A DNA stretch of 64,000 nt, taken from NCBI GenBank assembly GCA_013265495.1, contig MU058065.1:496001-560000 (forward strand), in the 5' to 3' direction. This document shows, in pieces, positions 1 to 12,049 of this stretch. The position numbers were made by a program, and so were the translations under genes. This stretch comes from Vicugna vicugna (Eukaryota). How positions within the stretch are numbered: position 1 is the first letter of the stretch; every line of letters begins with the position of its first letter. The notes beneath the pieces were generated by a model, which did not search any database, was not told where the DNA came from, and saw only the letters and a list, made by a program, of their open reading frames with translations.

Positions 1-730
1 CTTTTTGTGTTTTGAGCTTCCCTATGTATTCCTTCTCAGAGAGAGTATGCACCTTGTACTGTAAGCGTCCTAGAACTCCATTAGTTTGGTGCTTAGTGTG
101 AGGATAGGGGTAACTTTCTGTAACCTTACAAGTTTCAGTCCTTTAGAGGACTTGTTTGTGTAGGCTATGACTTTTCCAGATGTTCAGTGGTTGCCCCCTT
201 TAGGAGAAACAGGAAAGCTATAGAGGATTAGAGGGAGAGGAATGCCTTTGCCAGCTGGGATAAGATTCAGGTTGTTTTTTTTTTCCCCTTGGGGAGTAGG
301 CCTTTGTTGTGGAGAATGCTCTGGTTGAATTTTACAATGATTACCCTTTCCCTCCCCTTGCCAGGGCCAGGAAGGGACATTTCTGGGATCTTCACAATGA
401 GTACCTAGTATGGTTCCTAATCTGCATTCTCCAGGAGTTTCTCTTCCTCATTCCTGTCCACATTCAGCCTCCAGCAACTTATCAAAACTATCCTTTACAT
501 TTCTCACTAGTTTATGGGCCCAGCGGTTATATCTGTTTGCTCTAGGGACGCAGCTTTGTCCCTGGATTTACCTCTCTCTCCATTTTTGGGGTGATGATTT
601 GCTGTGCAACTTTGGTTTTCTGATGGGTCTGAGAAAAAGGGTTGATTTTAATTTATTTATCCTTTTCTTCTAAGGATGGTAGTGATAACTCCCAAGGTCT
701 TTATTATGCTGGGGCTGAATATAGAAGTCC
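1..730 (-). mobile_element. Ancient L1 (L1M-class) 5' region fragment
   Basis: Resembles antisense L1M 5'-end consensus, e.g. ...ggatggtagtgataactcccaaggtctttattatgctggggctgaatatagaagtc; recalled similarity, not computed. Confidence 0.5.
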
Positions 731-879
731 ATGTGATTTTTTGTTGCGTTTTCTTACTTTCATCTTTGAATTATCCACAGAGATGCTCAATACTTATACA
801 GTGGGCGAGTTATTTTAAATGTGGGAGATGCAAGACAAAGAAGAATTCAGATTTGGTATACCAAAGGTGCAGAAGCTTT

Positions 880-1075
880 TATATTATTTACTGACTATGA
901 GGAACTATGCCAAATAATTCCCTTTAATCCAGTTACCCTTCATAACAACCTTATGAAGTAGTTACTACTTTGATTGTCATTTTACAGATGAGGAAACCGA
1001 GGCATAGAGAGGCCACTTGCCTCAGGTCTCATGGATATTAAATGGTGGAACTGGAAGTAGGACCCCAGTAGAGAG
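880..1075 (-). mobile_element. MIR SINE
   Basis: MIR core ttttacagatgaggaaaccgaggcatagagagg...cttgcctcaggtc (reverse complement of consensus). Confidence 0.85.
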
Positions 1076-1946
1076 CTTCCAGAACCTGCTTGTTTAAACA
1101 CTGCTGTGTGCAGGCTCTTCTTCTGTGTCAGCAAAACACTTCCAGAAGTGCGCCACCTGCAAACATTGTACAAATACCAGTGTCAGGCCTATGACCTCTC
1201 TGAAAGTCCTGATGGCGTAGAGATACATTTATTGGGCACATTTGATTAGTACTAGATTTTCTATAGTTTTAGACTACCTACTTATACTCTTCAGATTAAA
1301 GATAGGTATGTTAAACTTCATACAATATAAAATACATGTAAGTGAGGAAATTATGAACTAAGAAAAAACAATAAACTAAGGGTTAACCTCATTATAACCT
1401 TATAACCATACTGCACACTACAAGGGTTAGTGTGAGGCAGGTGAGGCACCCTGAGTAACTCCTTGGTTCTTGTGCTCTGGGAATCTCACTGGCTTCAACT
1501 TCTCCCTGAACCTCAGGTTACTCCTGGAAGATATGGATCATGGACTTGTCTAGACTGCCTTATATAGCAGTAAATGCAAAAGGGAAACATGATCAGTACC
1601 ACAAAGCTAGTAACTTATGAAAAACACAACTATTGTTGGAATTTGGAATGGGAAAAACATTTCCAGTGGTTCCTCGGAGACATCTCAATGTAATGTCATG
1701 AAATATGTTCTCAAAAACATCAGAGTGATAAAAGCAAGACATGCCATAGGAAGAGACCCAGGACATGATACCTAAATGTAATTCAGTGGAAGTGGTGACC
1801 TCATACGAGGTCTCCAGGCAAGATATTCCTGAGGTCTAGGCTTATCCTTTATTATGAGATTTACTCCTAAGTCCCATCCAGAGGAATAAAGGACTTAAAT
1901 TTTATTGAAACAACTTGTTTGTTTTATTTAATGCAGCAAATAGTTA

Positions 1947-1948
<2 letters not shown>

Positions 1949-2001
<53 letters not shown>

Positions 2002-2004
2002 CGT
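1949..2004. repeat. (GT)n microsatellite with (GC/GT) tail
   Basis: Directly visible, about 24 perfect GT units. Confidence 0.98.
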
Positions 2005-3399
2005 TTGGCAGGAGAGCAGGCTCAATGGCCAGGTCAGGTGTGTCTACAATTCACACAATGTGAGGCACATCTGAATGACCTTAAACATCTTTAAGTGTAG
2101 TTCAGGATGCGTGACTGTTAAGCACAAAATTAGATCCAACAAAACGATGGAATATGCAATCATCAGGAATGCAGTGTCAGTGAGACCAACAGAAAGTCAG
2201 AGATAGCAGCAGACTAACATTGCCTTGGCTTAACTCTTGCAGCGTGGGAAGCCCAGAACGCATTAATTGGATAAATTTGTCAATCATTTCTTTACCTAAT
2301 GATCAGTCATATTTGGCATCAAGACAGACGGTAGAGTTCTGCTGATATTGACACAGCTTTGAAAAGTGGAATGTGCGAAAACTCAGTAGCTCCTCCTACA
2401 AGAACTTCATTAATATTCAGTCATTAGATTTAACTTGTAGTTGGGTGTGTTGGTGGTTGGGGCTCAGGGCTTGTTAGAAATAGAAATATGCCTATAAAGC
2501 AGCACTAGATAAAGCAGCAAAAAATAAATTTAAATGTTCACTCTATGAACATTATGGGGTTAAAAGAATAGTCTCATTAAAAATCTGTTCTCCCCCCATT
2601 ACTATTATATTTTCAGTTGGAGTTTGTGCATTCCTGTGGATTTCATTCTTTCCTTCATTTCATAATTCAAGTGGTAGAGTAAACAATGTTTTTAAAATTT
2701 CTTGGTAGAATTATCTACCTTTACATATTTAAGACCAAGTTATTGGGCTCCAGCTTATGAGTCCTCATTCTCCATTTCGACCCCTACTCTTGAAGAGCAA
2801 GCTATGGTTTTGGAAGAAAGAGACATCTCATTTCAGATGACTTTAGACAGTGAATATTTTAAACGAGAATGAGTTAAGTGGGTCACAGGAACTATGTGGC
2901 TTTATAAGATGCAGCATAGATGATCTTACCTGCAGTGTTTCTTTTTCTGAATGTATGGATTAAAACTAACTTACGAATGGTCCAGCAAGAATTTGATTAT
3001 CCCTCTGTTCGTTAGGAAAGATAAAATGTCAAAGAATTTTAGGTTGTACATTACATTTAACATCTCAGAAGTACATGGGTTTTCTTACTGTTCTTTGTGT
3101 CACATTTGGTTCCTACAGGAGGGAGTATGGTTTGTGTAATGGGTTTGTTATTTCACCCAAATATTTTTTTTGGACTATGAACCTCACAAAGGGGTGAACC
3201 CCTTTACCATGGTCACCATCAACACAACAGCATTCTGAGCTGTGAATCACATTTTGTTTTTTGGGAAACATCTGAATAATTTATTTCACTTGATTTTAAA
3301 TTTATTCTCAGATTCAACTGAAGTGCTAACCCGTCCACATATTCTTTCTTAATTCCTTTCCTCTGGATGAAATCTTTGTATCTTCCTTTTTTTTTTTTT

Positions 3400-3585
3400 T
3401 ACAGTATTTCTTGCTTCCTACCCTGTATTATAGTTAACAGCGTCCAGGTCTCACTATCCTTATTTAACTGAGTTCTTTTAAAGACAAGGTGACCATCTGA
3501 TTTAACACTAAATCTTTCAAAGACCTATCCACGTGTGACCTAAAAAGTTGGTGTTCAATGTATATTTGTTGAATGAATATGTAAG
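3400..3585 (+). mobile_element. L2 LINE 3' end fragment
   Basis: Ends in ...gttggtgttcaatgtatatttgttgaatgaat, typical L2 3' terminus. Confidence 0.6.
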
Positions 3586-5116
3586 AGGTGCTAGTTGGCC
3601 AATACAAAGATGAGAGGTAAGAAAAAGGTCCAGCTATGAATGGGCTTTGAGTATCTTTTGGAAGACAGGCTTAATACCATACATGAGACATTTCTGAAAT
3701 GACTGAAACAAATCACAGGTGGCGCAGATGTCCATTGTCCCATCATCTTCCACCTGAAACTATCTGTCCATGTCCTCACCCATCCTAATACGGAAGAATC
3801 AAACCCTCACCAGTGTAGAATATATTGCATATGTGCCGGGAAAAGCAGAGGAGAGAGTTAGAGCAGAAATAAGGAGAACTCAGAGAAGTTCTTGGATTGG
3901 CCTTTACTTGTTTTCTTCTCCCAAGTTCCTCTTGTCCCTTTTCATCTTTCCTCCAGTAAAGCACCCGGTTCCCCCAGAATGAAATCTCCTGCTCTCAAAT
4001 ATTTCTCCAAGTCTCCAAATCTCTCACCCATCTATTCTGCATAGAGTTTTTCTCTCTTGGTTTATTACAGTGCTCAGCAAAATGCCCTCTGGTTAGCATC
4101 ATCCAACCTCCTTAAAAGATATTGGGGGATTATATGCATTCAATAATTCAAAAGGGCCTTTATTACAATGATTAAATATTATTAATAATTAATGTATTAA
4201 CAAAAATTAATATTATCTGATAATATGACTGTCCTAGATGTGACAGATGGGAAGGTTCTGTAATATACACAGAATTGTGGCCATTTCTTTGTTTGGAGAG
4301 GATTAAAATAAATGAGCTCCAGGAAAATGCAAGGTATGACCCATCTCAGGGATCTTTCAGTTTTGTGGGTCTAACTGGAAGTGACCAAGGAGTTCCTGAT
4401 TCTGTGTGAAAACCATTTTAGGCTATTGAAATGCACCTCTGTATGCTTGCTGATGGTCAGTGGGAATGTTACCTGGATGTTGCTCAAGAATAAAGAATAT
4501 CGTGAGCTCCGTGAAGCTAAGGCTGCATGGAGCAAAATTTGGAAAAGAGTTTCATTGTTGTTTTCAGTACCCCCACAATCTCTCCTTTTTTCACACTTTT
4601 GTCATAAAATGTCTCCACCCTTATTCTTGCTGAAATGTATTTGATGGCTCTGAAAGACAACTGAATTAGAATTAATTTACCTAATGCTTTGTTATTTTGA
4701 TCATCATTCAGAACTAATGATTAAATGGATATTATTACGATTTTCCTCGTTATTATTTTTACTGAGCAGAGCTAAATTCACCCCTTCTCAGATGGTTGGT
4801 TTGTTTCGCAGAGTTTCTACTCTGGTTTCCAACAGACACCCCCTTCCCATAAGGAGCTGGAGATGAGCCTACCTTTCACCAAATGTGCTTTTTCTTTCCA
4901 ACTCTGTCTGCCTCAGTTCTGCTCTTCTTCCTAAATCACTGGAGACCATCAACGTTTGAATTTACTAAGTGTTTATCTGGAGAAATGAAAATGAGCGCAG
5001 TCATTTTTGGCCAGGAAACTGTCAGTGCTTGTAATAGAGTTTGGCCCATGAGGTCACATGCACTTTATCAGAAAGAGAAGGGGCCAAGGGGGTGAAGCAA
5101 GTGTAGACACTGTTGT

Positions 5117-5274
5117 GGGGGAAGGTGGAGCTCAGTGGCAGAGTGAGTGCTTAGCATGCACGAGGTCCCGGGTTCAATCCTCAGGACCTCCATTAAATAA
5201 TAAAGAAGTAAACCTAGTTACCTTCCCCCAACAAAATTTTACAAGTAGATAATGAATTAAAAATAAATAGGAAT
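5117..5274 (+). mobile_element. tRNA-derived SINE, camelid Vic-1-like, with target-site duplication
   Basis: Pol III A-box (gagctcagtgg) and B-box (ggttcaatcc, 5171-5180), tRNA-like head, then A-rich tail; flanking repeats aagtgtagacactgttg (5099-5115) and aagagtagccactgttg (5275-5291) match 15/17. Confidence 0.88.
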
Positions 5275-5577
5275 AAGAGTAGCCACTGTTGCATAAACAT
5301 CTCTACTAGTCTGTTAACATGGAGATCTTCTTGTCCTCACTTTAGGAAACAGGCCACTAAGCTGGTAGTCCCAGAGCGATTAAAAGAGACAAGGCTAGCT
5401 AAGAGCGGATGACTGGAGGGTAGGCAGCCTTGTAGAAGCCTCGCTGCGAAGAGGTGCCTTTGCATAAGACCCACGTGGTGTTGGACCACCACGTCCGGAG
5501 TGACTCACCTAATGCGTGAAGTAACACAGGGGGCCACCAAAACCAAACCAAACAACACAACACAAAACAAAGCAAAC

Positions 5578-5598
5578 ACGCACACACACACACACACA
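5578..5598. repeat. (CA)n microsatellite
   Basis: Directly visible. Confidence 0.9.
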
Positions 5599-6047
5599 AA
5601 AGCTACCAACCAGTGGTTACTTTTCTGAATTCCCTGTCCTTTCTATGGAGATCCCCCATGAGGGTTTTCAGTCAATGCTATTACTGTTCTACTTTACAAA
5701 TTCAGTTTGGAGGCAAACAAATGTCCATGAAAGGACCTGGATTTAACACATTTTGTCTTGCCCAGGAACATAATTGTTAAAGACGCATTTAAATGAAACT
5801 ATGACAAGTGGTACAAAGTCGTTTCTCCACCCTGCCTTATGGATGACCCTAGTTAATGTCATCTTCAAATATGAAAGACAGACCCTTCTCCATTTTAAGA
5901 AAGACGTATGAGAAAATAATTTACACTCCAATTGTTTCAACTTGAATGTCAGCTGTATGTAGTCTGCATCGCTGAACAGGCGAATAAAGCCAGCTGCTGA
6001 CCACTGTGGTTGTTTTTAGAAGAACTGTATGTTTTATCAGGTCAGTT

Positions 6048-6924
6048 GAAACAAACTGAAGCATCTTTGCTTTCATTCATTCATTCATTTTTATTTTTTA
6101 GGAGAAAGAGGGGAGGGTATTCCAGAGAACAGGTTGGGGTGATGAATTAGAAGGAATTTCCTAGGTCTAGTGTAATAGTCACTGAGGTGTCTTCAGTGCT
6201 AACAAATTAGGTGGTAGAGTGTTTTGATGTGTTTGCAGCACCCAGCTGTCCTAGAAACTGGAGTCCTCCTTGGCAGTGTCTACAGAGAGGCCACAACTCT
6301 TACAGTATATGAAGTCTAAGCCACTGGCATCCGGAGATCAGACTGCAGAAGGCATGGGATGGAGGGTGGCTGAAATGAGCCAGACAGAGCTTGAGTTTCT
6401 TCTGCTGTTTTTGTCCTCAAAGCTGCACTGTTTGCAAGACATTCAGTAACTTTTAGTGGTCATGCTGGGCTTCAGGGGCACAGAGAAACAAATTGAAGCA
6501 TCTTTGCTTTCATTCATTCATTCATTTTTATTTTTTAGGAGAAAGAGGGGAGGGTATTCCAGAGAACAGGATGGGGTGATGAATTAGAAGGAATTTCCTA
6601 GGTCAAGTGTAATAGTCACTGTGTCTTCAGTGCTAACAAATTAGGTGGTAAAGTAGAGTGTTTTGATGTGTTTGCAGCACCCAGCTGTCCTAGAAACTGG
6701 AGTCCTCCTTGGCAGTGTCTACAGAGAGGCCACAACTCTTACAGTATATGAAGTCTAAGCCACTGGCATCCGGAGATCAGACTGCAGAAGGCATGGGATG
6801 GAGGGTGGCTGAAATGAGCCAGACAGAGCTTGAGTTTCTTCTGCTGTTTTTGTCCTCAAAGCTGCACTGTTTGCAAGACATTCAGTAACTTTTAGTGGTC
6901 ATGCTGGGCTTCAGGGGCACAGAG
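6048..6924. repeat. Two-copy tandem duplication, period 437 bp
   Basis: Copy 1 is 6048-6484 and copy 2 is 6485-6923; three substitutions plus a 3-bp and a 5-bp indel, otherwise identical by eye. Confidence 0.97.
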
Positions 6925-7079
6925 TGGAATTGACTCAATCAATCATATCCCCTGTTATTAGCACAGTATTATTACTGTTCAAACCATAACTCTGGGACTA
7001 ATATTGTCCCCTTTTTCCCCTTTCCTACTTCCATCCCTTTCCTGTGCATTGTCCTCTCAATCCATCTTCAACCAGGGGC

Positions 7080-7500
7080 TCAAAATATTTAACTGCCCAT
7101 CAGCATGTAAACATTGCTTCATATATAATTTTAAAATTGATACAGATAGATCATTTGGTATGGACTATACACACTACAACTTGATTCTTTCCCATTTGGT
7201 ATTATGTTTTGGGCATCTGTTTATGTTGATAAATGTAGCTTGATTCTTTTAACTGCAGTGTAGTAGTCCATGATAGAATTATAGCACATTTTTTCCTATA
7301 TATTCCTCCACTGACAAGCATTTAGATTGTTTCAATTTTTTGTTGCTGTCAGGCTTCCAGTATAAAATACTCGAATGAGCAACTGTTCCCTGGTGAACTA
7401 GTGCTAGACTTTCTTTGGGGTTAATGGCAAGAATCAGAATTTCTGAGGCTTGAGGAATATGCATTTTCAAATTTGTTTTTCAAAATGGCGATACCAATTG
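7080..7500 (-). mobile_element. Ancient L1 (L1ME-like) 3' fragment
   Basis: Motifs such as ttttaactgcagtgtagtagtccatgatagaattatagcac and catttagattgtttcaattttttg. Confidence 0.65.
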
Positions 7501-8589
7501 TTTCTTCTACCTGAAGCACAGGGCAGTTTCCAAATAAATTTATATGCAAACCATTGTCATTTAAAAAAAAACCCAGAATCTCCCAGGGATGTGGTTAGGA
7601 TATTATCCGAGGCTAGGAAAGCTGACCTTCTTGACAAGGCCTTCCTTTGGGACTAGTCTGTGGTCACTGGTAAAGCATTTCTAGGTGACCATGTCAATCA
7701 AAGGCAGGACAGAAATGACCATAGCATCTTTTGTCATTTGATTGGTGTCTTTTAGGAAGCCGATGAAATCTGACTGACCATGTGTTGCGCTGACTTCACA
7801 CAAGCATTCAGATGCCCCAGTTCATAGTCAGACTTTCCTTTCAACCTACTGAACACCAAGCATGATATGCTGGGGTCAGCAACTTGCTGAAAGATGCAAC
7901 CACTTCTGCCAGCAGGCTTGAATTAAGCAGCTACAGAGAAAACAGCTATAAAAGATTCATCAATCACAGGATGTCTATTATCGGGATTAAAACACCTTCT
8001 AACTGTGGCGTAGATTTGCATTGATTGCCATAGGCGTGACGTGCGTAACGTGTTGCCTTTCCTATTTACACTGCACTCACTGCCTTTGGATGGGAAGCTT
8101 GGAAACGTGGGCTGATTTCCTTTCCCCCATGGAGCCTACTTCTGCATTGCAGGGGCCATGGGGTGTTAAATGAAATACATATATACTACGTGACTTGACT
8201 TGGTGTGTAGTCATCAAACTTAATATTATGGTGAACAATCCTTCGACAATTAGAATTGGAGCATACCATCTGTCAAAGTGATTTTACGCAAATTTAGCAT
8301 CAGAAACAAGCTGGAAGATGCTGCCTGGCACTAAGATTTGATACAAATGAAGAGAATGCCTGAAATTAGGATTTTTGAAAGTAGGGATGATGGCCATGTT
8401 TACAATGTCTTAGTAAATGTCTCTCATATTACCGTTTCTGTGAAGTGGGAGCCTACCTGTGTCCTTACAAAGCTGAGTAACAGAGTGTAATTGATATTAA
8501 AGGTAGTGTTGTAATTAAGTGTGTTCTTGTCTACGCAGTATGTTTGAGGTCTTTTTCAGACTTCTCAAGATGCTCTAAATTTCACAGGT

Positions 8590-8750
8590 AATAACTATTA
8601 TTGATAATAGTGACCATTTGTTGAACATGTGCCAGATATAGCGTTAAATGCTTTAAGTCCCTTGATCCTTACAACAATTTTTAAACTAGGTATTATAACC
8701 TGCATTTCCAAAAGTGGAAGCTACATTTAGGTTAAGAACTTAATTTGTTT
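8590..8750 (-). mobile_element. MIR SINE
   Basis: Degenerate antisense MIR (catttgttgaacatgtgccag...ttgatccttacaacaa...). Confidence 0.6.
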
Positions 8751-9539
8751 ATGTTCAGGTGATCAGTATTAAAATACCCTGAGAAGTGTGAATGTGTCAC
8801 CCATAGTTTGTCAGGTACACACCAGGGGAAGCAAATACGCCAGATCAAAGAGCCCGGATGTACCTGACATTATCAAAGATAAACTTCTCTGTATATTTAA
8901 ACAGGCGATCCTCAATTTCTACACATTTTCCTTTGTATAATCCTGGCTTTTTACATTTTACACTGATGTTCCTGAATACTTTTCATATGTTCATATGTGT
9001 GAAATTCAGACTTTGATTTCTCAATGGTCAATGAACATTTTGAATTATTATATGGTGGTGCCAAATATATGTCAGTCGTTCAGTTTCAGAAACATCTTCA
9101 TTTTTGTGCATATAGCAGTGTTTAGTTGTGTAACTCTAAGTGTTTTCTTGCTTTTAATTTATTTTATTAAAATTGTAATTGGAAAAATAAAGTTCCATTG
9201 CTTACGATAGTAACAAGGGAAGCTTTACTATTCTGGTCATTGAGACAAGAATGGATGTCATTCATCTCAGTTGGGTGCTTGATGGACAAATAACAGTTAT
9301 TGAAATTACACATGCATGAGCTTCTGCACTTTAAAAGATAACTTTTTTTAGTGGATTCATCTTATTGAATCACAATATGATGTTTTAAATTTATTTTGGG
9401 TTATGACAAGTTTAAATCACACAAAATCTGAAAGTTACCCAATCATGAAAATCTGACCCATATAAGAAATCCCATAATAAACAATTTATGTAATTTATAT
9501 AATTTAATATGTAGTCTTAAAAAATCAGCAGTTATACTT

Positions 9540-9645
9540 ATTTTACAGCTGTAGAAATCAAGGTACAAAGAAATTAAGTAAAGTAACAATATCACATCCA
9601 TACAATGAGCAAGGCAGGTTTCAAATCTAATTCTGAGTCCAGATG
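9540..9645 (-). mobile_element. MIR SINE fragment
   Basis: ttttacagctgtagaaatcaagg...aattaagtaa...ggtttcaaatc...gagtccag. Confidence 0.6.
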
Positions 9646-9959
9646 TATAAAAGATAACATCTTCTTGTTTATTTGCAAACATTCTGCAGAAAAACATGCT
9701 TTTTTGCATCATGGTGCTTTTCCTTCTTAGGAACTTAACAGTTCTCCATCAGTAAGATCTCCTTGCACCTCAAAGCTTTGTCCTTTGGAGGGAAGTTGCT
9801 TCCTGCCCGCTCATGGTGGTACCAGAGGGGGGAGCTGAAATGAAGACTCGGAATGGGTGGTTGGACAGAAAGACCACCCAGGAGAAAGCTCTAAGGCCAA
9901 ACGTGGGCCATCTCAAGCCTCGAGGGAGAACAGTGGTGGGGACACAACTGCCAGCAGGT

Positions 9960-10045
9960 TGCTGACGGGCTTCGCCAATACAGACTCACGAGGTGGGGTG
10001 GATCCCAAAAGCTTCTCTGATGTGAGTTAAGGTATAAAAAGTGCA
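9960..10045 (+). promoter_or_regulatory. Candidate Pol II core promoter (half-CRE, CCAAT, CACCC/GT box, TATA)
   Basis: TGACG 9963-9967, CCAAT 9975-9979, GGTGGGGTGG 9992-10001, TATAAAA 10033-10039 in canonical order and spacing; motif evidence only. Confidence 0.4.
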
Positions 10046-10061
10046 CAGCACAAAGCAGAAC

Positions 10062-10268
10062 GATTCTTGGATTAATCTTGGTTTCTCTCTTCCTGTCCTT
10101 CTGCGTCTAATCTGATGGAAAACCAAGCTGACTTTTTTCCAGAGTCTTCTTATCATATGACTGCTGCTGTCACCTCCACTGTTTGACCCGACCGAGCCGC
10201 CGTCACCTCTCACCTGAGTTTCTGAAACAGCCTGCTATTTCACACTTGCCCCTTATAGTCACATCAGA
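10062..10268 (+). other. Candidate first (non-coding) exon
   Basis: Starts about 30 nt after the TATA box (start approximate); ends at donor AGA|gtgagt (10269); contains a 23-aa uORF at 10115-10186. Confidence 0.3.
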
Positions 10269-10639
10269 GTGAGTCTTTCAAAAGGAAGGTAGATTAGGTT
10301 CCTTTGCTCAAAACCTTCCAATGGCCACACATCTTTGAGTGAAAAGCAGAGACTGGAATGTCCCACAGTCTTATATACCTTACAGCTTGTATATACATGT
10401 TGGCCCCCAACCCCACCCGAGGTCCTCCCTGACCTCTTCTCTCACAACCCTTTCCAGCTCCCCCATCTCCCACCACTACGGGTACCCTGGTCTCTCTGCT
10501 CTTCCTTGAACTTGCCAGACATGCTCTCTTCACACAGCCTGTTCCCTACACACCCACAGGACTGGCGCCCTCACTATTTTTAAGTCTTTGCTTAATATGA
10601 ATGACTAAATGATGTCTACCCTAACCACTATTTTGAACA

Positions 10640-11720
10640 AAATAACCGTTTTATTTCAGAATAGTTCCAGATTTACAGAAAAGTTGCAAAGGCTCTTTTT
10701 CTGTTCTAGAATCTCCTCCAGGACACCCATATTACATTTAGTCCTCATGTCTCACGTCTCCCAAGGCTCCTCGTCCCTGTGAGTTTCTCAGACTTTCCTT
10801 ATTTTTGATTACTTGGACGGTTTGGAGGCATACTGGATAGGTATTTTGTAGAATGTCTCTCAACTAAGATTTTTCTCCTGTTTTTCTCATGATTAGGCTG
10901 GGGCAATTTGTTTGGGGGATTGAAAACCACAGAAGTAAAATTCCATTTTTATCACATTACACCAAGGGGACATATCATCAACGTGACTCACTTCTTCACA
11001 TGTTGACCTTGATCATGTGGTTGAGGTAGTGTTTGTCAGGTCTCTCCAATGTAAAATAATAATTTTTTTCCTACTTTCCAAATAGTATTCTTTAAAGGAA
11101 GTCACTAAGCTTGGCTCACAGTGAAGAAGTGAAGAGTTATGTTCCATCCTCTAGGACAGAACATCTCCATAAATTATTTGGACTTTATCTATCTATCATC
11201 TATCTATCCAATCATGTTTACATCAGTGTGGACTTATGCATATGTATTTTATACCATGGCTTATAATCCAATCCTGTGCTACTTATTTGTTGCTCAAATT
11301 GTCCCAGCTTTAGCTATTGGAAGATCTCTGTTAGCTCCTGTATCCCTTTGAGATCTGTCCATCATTGAGCATGTGTGTGTTGATCTGTTTACTTCTTCCT
11401 TACTTTCTGGCACAACATCATGCTCCAGGCTTATCTTATATATTCCCTACCCCAGCCATAGAGTCAGCTATTGATTGAAGGGGTTTTGGTCCTTTTTACT
11501 GAAGACTGTGATAAGAAACCAAGATCTGGGCTCTGAATATGCTTGTTGCTATTGGCTTATTTTTGCTTTCAGGCGCCCTCAGTTTCAAAGAAAGGGAATA
11601 TATCAACTGGTCTCTTACACATCCTACGTATTCTATTTATTGAGTTACTTATGCATGTATTTAAGAAATGTGAGTGAATCAACATTAATCTACAAGCAGA
11701 AATAGCATCCATGGTGATGT
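10640..11720 (-). mobile_element. L1MC-type (L1MC4-like) 3' region
   Basis: Diagnostic segments ...agatttacagaaaagttgcaa..., ...gtattttgtagaatgtc..., ...gctcaaattgtcccagctttagctattgg..., ...aaaccaagatctggg... Confidence 0.8.
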
Positions 11721-12049
11721 CCCACTCCTAGGGGTAAAATTTGGTGGGGAAATTCAGCACTGTTACTGTCAAATGGAAAACACAGCACTGTCTTTAGCAG
11801 TCCTTAGAAATAAAAGGTAAATCTCATTACACACAAGCAATACAGATTTCCTTTAAAATCTGTCTTTAGACTAAAAGATAAGAAAATATATTTTAAGTAT
11901 GGTATTTAAGAAGTGAAGACAAATTACATTTGTAAATAACTTTGCAAATATATTCAAGGTTGGGTTATAATAGAATCAAAAAATCAGTTGAAACATGACA
12001 TTTTTTCTCATTGTTCCTTAGAGTTCTTGGATATTTTTAGTAAGCAGAA

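Noticed and set aside
3188-3205. Short hairpin aaagggg-tgaa-ccccttt
   Set aside because: A 7-bp stem is at chance level, and terminator logic does not apply to mammalian nuclear DNA.
5117-5190. tRNA gene
   Set aside because: It has A and B boxes, but continues into a SINE body, A-rich tail and target-site duplication, so it is a SINE head and not a tRNA.
5743-6015. Roughly 90-codon open frame on the minus strand
   Set aside because: No ATG start near its beginning, no donor and no recognisable domain; the length is within random expectation.
8809-8869. 11-bp inverted repeat tgtcaggtaca/tgtacctgaca with a 39-nt spacer (possible MITE)
   Set aside because: About one such repeat is expected by chance in 64 kb; there is no target-site duplication and no second copy.
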